Of a stretch of 64,000 nt of DNA, positions 27,201 to 34,424 are shown one piece after another (the first letter of the stretch is position 1; each line of letters opens with the position of its first letter). The position numbers and the translations under genes are program-made. Below the pieces are notes generated by a model that was given only the letters and a program-made list of their open reading frames with translations, ran no database searches and was not told where the DNA came from. Source of the stretch: a virus. Location: the IMG/VR virus record IMGVR_UViG_3300027702_000001, one strand, 5' to 3'.

Positions 27201-27907
27201 TCATCCCACTCAAAATGAAAAGATATTGTTTGAGAAGTATTACCAGTAACAGTTACAGTGTTGGCACCATTAAAGATAGCATCCCCTGCAGTGCCCATAC
27301 CTTTTCTCATTTCAAATATAGGTGCTCTTTCGGTAACACAATTTCTGATACAAACCATATTGGTTGTACCATACGTTGCTTTAGGAACGAATGAATCACA
27401 GTCTGCCTGAGGTGGTTTCCACGCACCACCAACATAGGGTCTGAAGAAACAGTCAAGATGATTCTGAATACATTCTTGAAGTTCTAAGTTCTTATCGTCG
27501 TCGCATTCTATAGTCGCACGAGATGCATTAGTTGTCCCTGGTGGAGAGGTACAAACCTTACCACTATCCTCATCATCTCCAGTAGGAATATCAAATAATA
27601 TGTCAGGAGTTAGAAAGGTACTCATTCCAAGACCAACAATCTGTTCTAACAGAGGGTCCCACGGAATGTGAACAGGAGGTGGTAACGGTGCCTCAGGTGT
27701 ATCAGGAAAGTTTGGTGGCAGAAGAGTACCACCATCGCCATAACATTGACCTAGAAGATCTTCTACAACGTTGACCAATGTATTAGGTGAAGCACCACCC
27801 CCAGGCGCACCAGTACCACCCCCTCCAGACTGGACTACCTCCTGTTCTTCGCCAGAGTCCTCAGGGTCACAATTTCTACTAAACCAATGGTCGTTTTGTA
27901 TAGTCAA
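24257..27907 (-). CDS. Large multidomain putative virion/fibre protein (1216 aa) with DUF4114-like domain
   Basis: ASYENTFGWY...FFIIPDG...QYWEDLFDGDEDYND; HRYYS..DHKYS repeats; Cys/Gly-rich beta character. Confidence 0.6.
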   Translation of the reverse strand: MTIQNDHWFSRNCDPEDSGEEQEVVQSGGGGTGAPGGGASPNTLVNVVEDLLGQCYGDGGTLLPPNFPDTPEAPLPPPVHIPWDPLLEQIVGLGMSTFLTPDILFDIPTGDDEDSGKVCTSPPGTTNASRATIECDDDKNLELQECIQNHLDCFFRPYVGGAWKPPQADCDSFVPKATYGTTNMVCIRNCVTERAPIFEMRKGMGTAGDAIFNGANTVTVTGNTSQTISFHFEWDDNPRTAGIAVDTVTVSGTTFTRVGEKGKQTIAITLSPGDHSISYSGLSGSGYSVDNDKNYGDNKSIAFKDNDGNDANARFSILGNNNIGRDHRYSLSDTPDAGYQQVGVSFYGNVVPSNTGRSVSVHRTFSASRQDTQLVSDIAGESGDLDDGGYQPRDEILFYGYREAEDMISELMEGEKPAPLHRYYSFEGNDHKYSIESLGNVASAPDLKNNIFRFETPAESALKIQLNVRRGGASYENTFGWYVTNSDNEPIFGRVLLSNATDASGTFHRKIPRDEINSYMPCNLGFFIIPDGNNGGTNTGDDITFSAHNNTHGPGWTTNENSHPKQKGYVFFSDRRLNPDKRDQTKWPDNVWQYWEDLFDGDEDYNDVRISYRVGYGESEYYYEGIECYVFAEPAQPVMANINVQDDCEKKAFRKGSFGDVMLVRTECGSYHEHPKTGADTWECGKCKGDYANSINRVQRVKIAKSTTLTIRSHGGMTAGYGDCTKFTWQLKLNGNVIYEERSLVSEWKRIGAVLHTFDVEKGDNLVFKIKSINTGHYNGKASPAFAIRDESEGTYVNTWTVNLLTQSHSYGTDSKDQAEGQPQSGPAITEPCGLPVSGQLFVWNNHLDADPDKEDYTTVITNKVVDQAANVYLNHPERASQRCRIINGRDIAQEMGDGDIGYVDVVAKNGFSVRLKYLVEDAYQYYVRWYLDSIEDWGVGGFKVGDEFNLKIEDQDEYFNQDENGYDGINWVGPDFYKIGFKVTGINGDQCPDASEMQGMIQDIALGAYGDITIPRQPDVTVVNNQSTTGNEYAVNMNEIFQSFFLYENGNATSFHQYWLEQTTAGNDVVFATDYEDRKGLRFRMRIRVTRQDNYESGDAYKFDKYGWFGMVRISQVFDYGKRYDKEDVINVQWPPEQLQITDGDEPSSPYFPSQNNLPQKVLVRDATTARFKRNARMAIYQSMHDKTSTVWYSNRTPYQPTQVRQFNIIIKDTY

Positions 27908-28142
27908 CTTCTGTTCTAGGAACTAGTTTTAGGTATTTAGTAGCGGTTTCTTCGGGTGGATTCCAATGTCGAATGACTCCGCTGATAATAAAACAGTTAG
28001 TGATAAGGTAACTGAGAAATAGAATGGTCCGTACAAGAACAATGTGGTTATCATATTGTTCTGTTTTGTCGTCGGAAAAACTCCCGAGTGAATACTTCCA
28101 GACATCCCAAATTTTTTTAATCATATAGTATCTATATGCCAT
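27879..28142 (-). CDS. Hypothetical membrane protein
   Basis: WKYSLGSFSDDKT..YDN...TM; likely start at 28124. Confidence 0.6.
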   Translation of the reverse strand: MAYRYYMIKKIWDVWKYSLGSFSDDKTEQYDNHIVLVRTILFLSYLITNCFIISGVIRHWNPPEETATKYLKLVPRTEVDYTKRPLV

Positions 28143-28167
28143 AAAAAAAGACCCCTTTCGGGGTCTT
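28143..28167 (-). terminator. psbA terminator
   Basis: AAGACCCC GAAA GGGGTCTT plus T-tract. Confidence 0.85.
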
Positions 28168-28193
28168 GAGAGATCAATATTTAACTGATTAAA

Positions 28194-29288
28194 TCAACCA
28201 ATAGAAGGTGCAATCAAAGCAACAGGAGTTGTCTCTGCAGCAGCAAGATCTAGTGGGAAGTTGTGAGCGTTACGCTCGTGCATAACTTCCATACCAAGAC
28301 CTGCTCTGTTAAGAACATCTGCCCAAGTTGGAATCACTTTACCAGATGCATCAACAACCGACTGGTTGAAGTTGAATCCGTTCAAGTTGAATGCCATTGT
28401 GCTCACACCCATTGCAGTGAACCAGATGCAAACCACAGGGAATGCAGCAAGGAAGAAGTGAAGTGAACGTGAGTTGTTGAATGAAGCATATTGGAAGATC
28501 AAACGACCAAAGTAACCGTGAGCGGCAACGATGTTGTAAGTCTCTTCTTCTTGACCGAACTTGTAACCGTAGTTCTGAGATTCAGATTCTGTAGTCTCTC
28601 TGATTAGAGAAGATGTAACTAGAGAACCGTGCATTGCACTGAATAGAGAACCACCAAACACACCTGCAACTCCGAGCATATGGAATGGGTGCATTAGAAT
28701 GTTGTGCTCTGCTTGGAACACGAACATATAGTTAAAAGTACCTGAGATACCAAGAGGCATCGCATCTGAGAAAGAACCTTGTCCGAAAGGATACACCAAG
28801 AACACAGCGAATGCTGCAGATACTGGTGCTGAATAAGCAACACAGATCCAAGGACGCATACCTAGACGGTATGAAAGTTCCCACTGACGACCACAGTATG
28901 CTGTGATTCCGATAAGGAAGTGGAATACAACGAGTTGGAAAGGACCACCGTTATACAACCACTCATCTAGAGTTGCTGCTTCCCAGATTGGGTAGAAGTG
29001 TAGACCGATAGCGTTTGAAGAAGGGACAACAGCACCAGAAATGATGTTGTTACCATACAAAAGAGATCCTGCAACAGGTTCTCTGATGCCATCGATGTCC
29101 ACAGGTGGAGCAGCGATGAACGCGATAATAAAACAAGTAGCAGCGGCAAGCAAGCAAGGAATCATCAAGACACCGAACCAACCGACATAGATGCGGTTGT
29201 CAACGCTTGTGACCCAGTTGCATAGTTCGTCCCATCCTGAGAGGAGACCACCACGCTGGCGAGTAATAGTTGGACTTGAAATAGACAT
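28194..29288 (-). CDS. psbA: Photosystem II D1 protein, uninterrupted
   Basis: [38 protein letters not shown]. Confidence 0.99.
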   Translation of the reverse strand: MSISSPTITRQRGGLLSGWDELCNWVTSVDNRIYVGWFGVLMIPCLLAAATCFIIAFIAAPPVDIDGIREPVAGSLLYGNNIISGAVVPSSNAIGLHFYPIWEAATLDEWLYNGGPFQLVVFHFLIGITAYCGRQWELSYRLGMRPWICVAYSAPVSAAFAVFLVYPFGQGSFSDAMPLGISGTFNYMFVFQAEHNILMHPFHMLGVAGVFGGSLFSAMHGSLVTSSLIRETTESESQNYGYKFGQEEETYNIVAAHGYFGRLIFQYASFNNSRSLHFFLAAFPVVCIWFTAMGVSTMAFNLNGFNFNQSVVDASGKVIPTWADVLNRAGLGMEVMHERNAHNFPLDLAAAETTPVALIAPSIG

Positions 29289-29304
29289 TGAAATTAGGGT
29301 AGGT

Positions 29305-29395
29305 ATGAGTGCAGGGAAACACTAATAAGATATTCCTTCGCCACCCTCAGGCGGAGGTATTAGAGACGTAATTTATACTCCCTATAGGTCTCGGT
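29305..29395 (-). ncRNA. Structured psbA leader, probably the PhotoRC-II motif
   Basis: GAGAC...GTCTC stem enclosing TATAAAT, followed by CCTCCGCC/GGTGGCG..GG pairing; family name recalled, not searched. Confidence 0.55.
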
Positions 29396-29451
29396 TGGAG
29401 GGGAGTAGTAGTTGTAGAATTGTTTACATTCCGTAACATTCAACACTATGT

Positions 29452-29481
29452 ATAATACATCGAATGTTCAAGATTTGTCAA
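29452..29481 (-). promoter_or_regulatory. Sigma70-like promoter upstream of psbA
   Basis: TTGACA-N18-TATTAT. Confidence 0.65.
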
Positions 29482-29641
29482 CCCCTTGTGCCAGTTGTTC
29501 TTGTGCCTTAACCGCTTTGATATGACGGAGCGTTGCGAAAGCATAGTTGATCTCTTCCTGAGTATAATTCTCAGGATGCTTCATCGCATTAGTAATCAGA
29601 CGTTTGGCGATCTTTTTGTTTGTTAGTGATTTCGGTGTCAT
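29468..29641 (-). CDS. Hypothetical protein
   Basis: MTPKSLTNKKIAKRLI...; later ATG chosen. Confidence 0.45.
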   Translation of the reverse strand: MTPKSLTNKKIAKRLITNAMKHPENYTQEEINYAFATLRHIKAVKAQEQLAQGVDKS

Positions 29642-29861
29642 AGTAGTATTCCAGATAGAGAGATGATAATTCGTGAGTGAATAATTCAGAATCAATTTTG
29701 TCAACTTCCATCAGTCTCTTGTACTGTCCACTACTCATAACCCAATCACAAAAATCATAATGTTTATTGGTAAGTTCTCCTTTCCAATTAACACATCTTT
29801 GCAATAGAGTTGCTCTATACTCCATCATTTCATCGGAGTATCTCCAGTCATTAGTTACCAT
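29589..29861 (-). CDS. Hypothetical protein
   Basis: MVTNDWRYSDEMM...; later ATG chosen. Confidence 0.5.
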   Translation of the reverse strand: MVTNDWRYSDEMMEYRATLLQRCVNWKGELTNKHYDFCDWVMSSGQYKRLMEVDKIDSELFTHELSSLYLEYYYDTEITNKQKDRQTSDY

Positions 29862-29932
29862 CGGGAACCATCCTAACGTTACAATAATATGGTACATAAG
29901 GTTTCGACATTTCGCAAACCTTTGTATAGAAA

Positions 29933-30487
29933 TTACCCTTTAATTCCGATAAACCCGAGTAGTTTCTCAAAGTGACCCACTCGTCTTTGATTTGAACTTG
30001 AAGATTGAACTTTTTCATCAGCGGAGACTTTTGATAGTCGATCCAGGTAATTATATGTATATGTTTTTCGTGGTCCTTCTACTCCCCAACCCAACCATCG
30101 GTATGCTGCACGATGATACTCATCGTAGGTACGACCAGGGATTTTCCACGTCAGTAGTGCTTGTTGAAATTGATTTTCGTTTGACATATAACGCAACTGT
30201 CCCTCGAAGGACGATGGATTCAATCCATACTTAGCACAGAACATTCCAAGTCCTGCATAGCGTGACTCACTTGTCCATTGAATCAAACCATACCCACCCT
30301 TGTGACAGTCTTGCCAGTCAACAAGGTCACCACCTTCACAAACATTAGGAACAAACTTTGATTCCTGTTTGATGTTTGCCATAACGACAGAAAGCGCCAG
30401 AGGATCACCGATCCCTTGACGCTGCTGTAGATACTGTAATGCTCTCGATTCATTGAAAGAGCACGTTGCACAGATCCATTCAATCAT
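29933..30487 (-). CDS. Phage tail lysozyme-like muramidase (Phage_lysozyme2-type)
   Basis: MANIKQESKF..N, GGYGLIQWT...RY, GQL.Y motifs. Confidence 0.75.
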   Translation of the reverse strand: MIEWICATCSFNESRALQYLQQRQGIGDPLALSVVMANIKQESKFVPNVCEGGDLVDWQDCHKGGYGLIQWTSESRYAGLGMFCAKYGLNPSSFEGQLRYMSNENQFQQALLTWKIPGRTYDEYHRAAYRWLGWGVEGPRKTYTYNYLDRLSKVSADEKVQSSSSNQRRVGHFEKLLGFIGIKG

Positions 30488-30692
30488 TTGTTAGAACTAG
30501 GAAAAACTTCGTCTGGTCAACTGGTGCATTCTCATAGGATGAGATGTCACCATATTCTTTGTGGTCTTTGTATCCTACCATCCTACCTTTTGTATTCTGC
30601 AGTGCAGGCATAAAGGCAATCAAGAAGAACACAGCAGGAGCACCAACTAGTAGTGCACCACCAATAACATAGTACGTGAGAAGTTCAATCAT
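30480..30692 (-). CDS. Hypothetical membrane protein
   Basis: N-terminal hydrophobic helix. Confidence 0.6.
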   Translation of the reverse strand: MIELLTYYVIGGALLVGAPAVFFLIAFMPALQNTKGRMVGYKDHKEYGDISSYENAPVDQTKFFLVLTND

Positions 30693-30837
30693 TTCGTTTT
30701 TTAATAACGATTACATTTTCAGAATTGACTACACCAAGACCGAACTCCAGATGGTCGTCGGGTTCCCAACACAACTCTTGATAGAGGGCATTGAGTTTTT
30801 CCATATCCTCCCATAACTGGTCTGGGTTCGGTGCCAT
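30685..30837 (-). CDS. Hypothetical protein (50 aa)
   Basis: Hand translation MAPNPDQLWEDMEKLNALYQELCWEPDDHLEFGLGVVNSENVIVIKKRND. Confidence 0.5.
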   Translation of the reverse strand: MAPNPDQLWEDMEKLNALYQELCWEPDDHLEFGLGVVNSENVIVIKKRND

Positions 30838-30868
30838 AGTAATACGTTTGCTGAACGTATTTATTCTA

Positions 30869-31051
30869 TCAGAATAATCCGAAGAACATATGTCCAGTTA
30901 ACAAATCAGAACAAGCAGCAGCGACCAAACCGATCATTGCTAGTCTACCGTTCCAAGTTTCTGCCCAAACCTTTTGTGGTTCGATGGCGACTGCCTTGGC
31001 AGAGACTTGTGCGCTCTGCTCAGGGACTGAGAATTGTGTGTTGGTTCTCAT
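30869..31051 (-). CDS. hli: High-light inducible protein
   Basis: AETWNGRLAMIG ExxNGRxAM chlorophyll-binding motif. Confidence 0.92.
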   Translation of the reverse strand: MRTNTQFSVPEQSAQVSAKAVAIEPQKVWAETWNGRLAMIGLVAAACSDLLTGHMFFGLF

Positions 31052-31052
31052 C

Positions 31053-31160
31053 CTAAAAAATTCCTGGGATGATTTGTCCAGTTGTAACGTAAGCGCCTAC
31101 TGCTGCTACGAAACCGAGCATTGCTGCCCATCCATTAAATCTTTCTGCTTCTGGTGTCAT
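31053..31160 (-). CDS. hli: High-light inducible protein (35 aa)
   Basis: Hand translation MTPEAERFNGWAAMLGFVAAVGAYVTTGQIIPGIF; absent from ORF track. Confidence 0.92.
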   Translation of the reverse strand: MTPEAERFNGWAAMLGFVAAVGAYVTTGQIIPGIF

Positions 31161-31182
31161 TGTGAGTCTCCGATAGGGTGAA

Positions 31183-31269
31183 TTAAGAAAATACGAACGG
31201 AAGTCCGTTAGTTGCTGTGTAACCTAGCACAGCGAGGAAGGTGATCTGAGGAAAAATTGATTTGATCAT
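31183..31269 (-). CDS. 28-aa hydrophobic micropeptide inside the hli cluster
   Basis: Hand translation MIKSIFPQITFLAVLGYTATNGLPFVFS. Confidence 0.4.
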   Translation of the reverse strand: MIKSIFPQITFLAVLGYTATNGLPFVFS

Positions 31270-31273
31270 TGGA

Positions 31274-31471
31274 CTAACCAAGGATTCCAAAGAAAAAGAA
31301 GTTTCCTGTTGCGATGTAGGAAATCAAACCTGTGGTAAAACCAAGCATTGCAAGTCTACCGTTGAGTTTTTCAGCAACTTCGTTGTGAGTAACTGAAACA
31401 TCCATAACCTGCATCCTAGGTTCTTTAGCGAAGATGTTCTGTCTGCCGCCCTGTTCTGTGATAGTAGTCAT
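31274..31471 (-). CDS. hli: High-light inducible protein
   Basis: AEKLNGRLAMLGF motif; TITEQGGRQNIFAKEP N-terminal extension. Confidence 0.92.
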   Translation of the reverse strand: MTTITEQGGRQNIFAKEPRMQVMDVSVTHNEVAEKLNGRLAMLGFTTGLISYIATGNFFFFGILG

Positions 31472-31496
31472 TGATCAAGTATTAAGAACTGTTACA

Positions 31497-31525
31497 ATTA
31501 TATAGGGATTGTAAACTTTTGTCAA
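31497..31525 (-). promoter_or_regulatory. Consensus sigma70 promoter for the hli cluster
   Basis: TTGACA-N17-TATAAT exact. Confidence 0.8.
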
Positions 31526-31547
31526 CCCCCAAGTCAGAATTCCTTGA

Positions 31548-31787
31548 TTACTGTGACGAAACTGTATCACGTTCGTAACAAGGGACACCTGCAGGGTCCA
31601 ACCACTTGGTGTATTCGAAGTCTTCGATAGCAGTCATCATCTGATCCATATTGTCACAGTAGTACATCGTCTGGTAACGCTCTGTGTACTCATTGAACTT
31701 AAGGATCCTGCAATCTGGTTTGCCATTGATCTCTAGTTTTCCACAGGTGACATACTTGTAAGGATAACGTTCGTGGATAAGGTCCAT
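31548..31787 (-). CDS. Hypothetical protein
   Basis: ORF track. Confidence 0.6.
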   Translation of the reverse strand: MDLIHERYPYKYVTCGKLEINGKPDCRILKFNEYTERYQTMYYCDNMDQMMTAIEDFEYTKWLDPAGVPCYERDTVSSQ

Positions 31788-31819
31788 AGAATTTGTTTAA
31801 CTGTTATTACTATACACAT

Positions 31820-31843
31820 AAAAAGACCCTCTTGTCGAGGGTC
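31820..31843 (-). terminator. Terminator overlapping a sigma70-like promoter
   Basis: GACCCTC GACAA GAGGGTC TTTTT; TCGACA-N18-TATAGT. Confidence 0.7.
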
Positions 31844-31854
31844 GGTGTGCCACT

Positions 31855-32055
31855 TTAAAATGTGGGTCCAATATCTAGTGCAAGATTGTCTACGAAGAGT
31901 TCATAATCCTCGTCTGGGTCTCCGAAGAACTGGACACCAACAGACTCATAATATCTGAACAAACGTTTGAACAGAGATGGGTTCTCGTAATCAAGCGCGA
32001 TGTCTCCGTTAACAACATCCCTCAAATAACTGAGGTCTCTCTTACTGATAGGCAT
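31855..32055 (-). CDS. Hypothetical protein
   Basis: ORF track with SD (GAGG) upstream. Confidence 0.6.
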   Translation of the reverse strand: MPISKRDLSYLRDVVNGDIALDYENPSLFKRLFRYYESVGVQFFGDPDEDYELFVDNLALDIGPTF

Positions 32056-32096
32056 AATGCTACCTCGTACTACTAGACTGTAATCCCCGAAGGGAA

Positions 32097-32170
32097 CGGG
32101 TCAGGCAGGATTCGAACCTGCGACCGACTGCTTAGAAGGCAGTTGCACTAATCCACTGTGCTACTGACCC
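32097..32170 (-). tRNA. tRNA-Arg(TCT)
   Basis: GGGTCAG acceptor stem, ACTGC CT-TCT-AA GCAGT anticodon arm, GGTTCGAATCC T-loop. Confidence 0.92.
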
Positions 32171-32177
32171 ATCTTCG

Positions 32178-32336
32178 CTACTGTTTTTGTAGTTGAGCAA
32201 TACGCTCTGCGATAATCTCCGCTTTGAGTAGTTCGTTTTCTGCTAGATGTTCGTGCATCTTGTCAATCAAAACCTCAAGTGTAGATGTGAGAAATTGATT
32301 GTCAGAATCGTAATCATCCGTTTTAAAGGAGGACAT
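32178..32336 (-). CDS. Hypothetical protein
   Basis: MSSFKTDDY...; later ATG chosen. Confidence 0.5.
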   Translation of the reverse strand: MSSFKTDDYDSDNQFLTSTLEVLIDKMHEHLAENELLKAEIIAERIAQLQKQ

Positions 32337-32371
32337 TGTTCTTGCCTTCGAACTACAGAGCATACTATATA

Positions 32372-32848
32372 TCAGGTTTCGTCTGAAGTCAAGGGGTGCG
32401 GGAAGTAATCTTTCCTGTAGTACCTGCCTAGAATGTTGGAGTTGTAGAACGCAGGTCTTTTTGATCCGTCAGACTCTGTGAGGACACCGTTGATGAAGAG
32501 TTGCTTTGTCTCTTCATAGTTTGTTTTACCTGGCGTAAGGTGTAGGGAGAGTATTTCTCTTTTGAATGCTCCACGTCCGAGGAGTTTAATATCTTCAGTA
32601 AGTTCAGGACAACTGCCGTAGTATTTTTTCCAGTCGCTTTCAGTTGTAACTCTCCTAGTCTTACCTCTAGGTTTTCTTTTTGACCAGAAATATTTCCGTC
32701 CGATATATTGCTTGCCACTTTGAAGGTTTGTAATCCGATAGACAAAACCGAAATAAGGGTCAATGTTCTCAGATAGAAAAGGGGTTCCTTCAAATATCCA
32801 GGGGTTCTCATAGTCAATCGCAGATCCCGTCTTCGTCGTTGATGTCAC
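32372..32848 (-). CDS. GIY-YIG family endonuclease
   Basis: FGFVYRITN..SGKQYIGRK, YYGS, REIL..H. Confidence 0.8.
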   Translation of the reverse strand: MTSTTKTGSAIDYENPWIFEGTPFLSENIDPYFGFVYRITNLQSGKQYIGRKYFWSKRKPRGKTRRVTTESDWKKYYGSCPELTEDIKLLGRGAFKREILSLHLTPGKTNYEETKQLFINGVLTESDGSKRPAFYNSNILGRYYRKDYFPHPLTSDET

Positions 32849-32981
32849 GATAGGTTGTAACTCTGTCAGTATCCGAACTACTTATACGGAATGCAGATGT
32901 ATCGGAATAGACTTCAGACTTTAGTTCTGCTAGTGCTATCTCAATGTCGTGGATGAGTGTCTTTAGATTTTTCTTTTGCAT
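32814..32981 (-). CDS. Hypothetical protein (55 aa)
   Basis: Hand translation MQKKNLKTLIHDIEIALAELKSEVYSDTSAFR...EDGICD. Confidence 0.5.
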   Translation of the reverse strand: MQKKNLKTLIHDIEIALAELKSEVYSDTSAFRISSSDTDRVTTYRDINDEDGICD

Positions 32982-33062
32982 TTAGGTAGGTCCTGTTGTA
33001 ATCCCCCAGTAACATAACAAGGAGATGGATGAGAATAAAGCAATTGCTTTGACGTAAATCAT
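32982..33062 (-). CDS. Possible 26-aa hydrophobic peptide
   Basis: MIYVKAIAYSLIHLLVMLLGITTGPT; coupled to neighbours. Confidence 0.3.
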   Translation of the reverse strand: MIYVKAIALFSSISLLCYWGITTGPT

Positions 33063-33229
33063 TGATTCACTTCTTCGGGTGTTCCTATCATATCAAACTT
33101 TGTGATTCCGTGGTCCATTTTGAGGATACGCTCAATATGTCCCTTCACTTCCCAAGGAAACTTCGTCTCCGCTTCTACGAAAACTTCACCAACATCAGGG
33201 ATGTTTACTTTTTGCTTCCAGAGTTTCAT
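33059..33229 (-). CDS. Hypothetical protein (56 aa)
   Basis: Hand translation MKLWKQKVNIPDVGEVFVEAETKFPWEVKGH...; ATGA coupling to talC. Confidence 0.5.
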   Translation of the reverse strand: MKLWKQKVNIPDVGEVFVEAETKFPWEVKGHIERILKMDHGITKFDMIGTPEEVNQ

Positions 33230-33894
33230 TCGTCAACGTGCAATTGTTCTTGTAGTTGTGCCCAGTCTTTTTCAAATCTTTCTAGACCATTGTCTGTCAA
33301 GATATGGTTGTACATTTTATTGAACACTTGATATGGCATAGTCACAATGTCTGCTCCTGCATCAAAACAACGTGCGACTTGGTGCACTTCGCGTACAGAT
33401 GCAGCAAGGATCTCTGTCTCTACATCGTGCATACGATAGACTCTAGAGATTGCTTGGACTAGTGATATACCTGAGAAAGAATTGTCATTCAGTCTGCCAA
33501 CAAAAGGAGACATCATAGATGCTCCTGCCTTTGCAGCGAGGATTGCTTGTGAGACTGAGAAGATTAGGGTTACGTTGGTACTGATACCATCGGAGGAGAG
33601 ATCACCACAGGCAATCAGTCCCTCCCTTGTACAGGGAAGTTTAACTGTGATGTTGGGGGCAATACTATAGTATTCATTTGCTGCTTCAAGCATTTCTTCT
33701 GCTGTATCGCCCATAACTTCTGCAGAGATTGAAGCATCCCAAGAAAAAAGATCACTGATTTCTTGGATCACGTCTCTAGGTTTCCTACCTGCCTTCAACA
33801 TAAGAGAAGGGTTAGTAGTTACACCATCAATGAGACCAGTTTCCATTGCGTGATGGATAAGTTCGGGGTCCGAACAATCTAGAAAGATTTTCAT
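33226..33894 (-). CDS. talC: Transaldolase (TalC/FSA family)
   Basis: KIFLD, GVTTNPSL, ITVKLP, TNVTLIFS, SPFVGRL. Confidence 0.95.
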   Translation of the reverse strand: MKIFLDCSDPELIHHAMETGLIDGVTTNPSLMLKAGRKPRDVIQEISDLFSWDASISAEVMGDTAEEMLEAANEYYSIAPNITVKLPCTREGLIACGDLSSDGISTNVTLIFSVSQAILAAKAGASMMSPFVGRLNDNSFSGISLVQAISRVYRMHDVETEILAASVREVHQVARCFDAGADIVTMPYQVFNKMYNHILTDNGLERFEKDWAQLQEQLHVDE

Positions 33895-33935
33895 TCGGGT
33901 AGTACCTTATTATGTTAATATTATATATCCTAGCA

Positions 33936-33962
33936 TAAAAAAACACCCTTGAAAAGGGTGTG
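33936..33962 (-). terminator. Terminator of the riboswitch operon
   Basis: CACCCTT TTC AAGGGTG plus 7 T. Confidence 0.75.
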
Positions 33963-33974
33963 CGTTTCACGAAG

Positions 33975-34133
33975 TTATTTGACCGAAGTGTTTTGATTGA
34001 ATGACAAGTTTAACTTTACCCATTTGGCATAGTACACTCCCCGATAGCAAAGAAAGGCGAATACCTTTTCGGGGTTGTGCTTCTCCTCGTCATACTCTGG
34101 CAACCCATAATCTATTGAGATCTTGAGTCGCAC
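33975..34133 (-). CDS. YRG-motif microprotein (DUF4278-like), 52 aa, GTG start
   Basis: Hand translation MRLKISIDYGLPEYDEEKHNPEKVFAFLCYRGVYYAKWVKLNLSFNQNTSVK. Confidence 0.55.
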   Translation of the reverse strand: MRLKISIDYGLPEYDEEKHNPEKVFAFLCYRGVYYAKWVKLNLSFNQNTSVK

Positions 34134-34137
34134 GGTC

Positions 34138-34245
34138 CTAACCCCACTGGTGCAAGAATTTTACTTCTGCATAGATTAAGGTTAGGAACGTGGCAGACCC
34201 CAATGTTATGAGTCCCACCACCATTATCGGCGATGATAGATCCAT
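34138..34245 (-). CDS. 35-aa single-TM microprotein
   Basis: Hand translation MDLSSPIMVVGLITLGSATFLTLIYAEVKFLHQWG. Confidence 0.5.
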   Translation of the reverse strand: MDLSSPIMVVGLITLGSATFLTLIYAEVKFLHQWG

Positions 34246-34246
34246 C

Positions 34247-34390
34247 TTAACTCTTTGATGCGAACTTGCGTTCAACTTTGATGCCTCTGTACATCAACTC
34301 GTAGTTACGGTTTGATGATGCTTCGGCAAGTACCTTTGCTTTGTACTCTTTTGCGTTATACTTAACGCCTCTGTAAGTGATTAGTTCCAT
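34247..34390 (-). CDS. DUF4278-like microprotein (47 aa)
   Basis: MELITYRGVKYNAKEYKAKVLAEASSNRNYELMYRGIKVERKFASKS; two YRG motifs; AGGAG SD. Confidence 0.75.
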   Translation of the reverse strand: MELITYRGVKYNAKEYKAKVLAEASSNRNYELMYRGIKVERKFASKS

Positions 34391-34424
34391 TGAATTACTC
34401 CTAAAGTAGTTGGATTTTTAGGTC

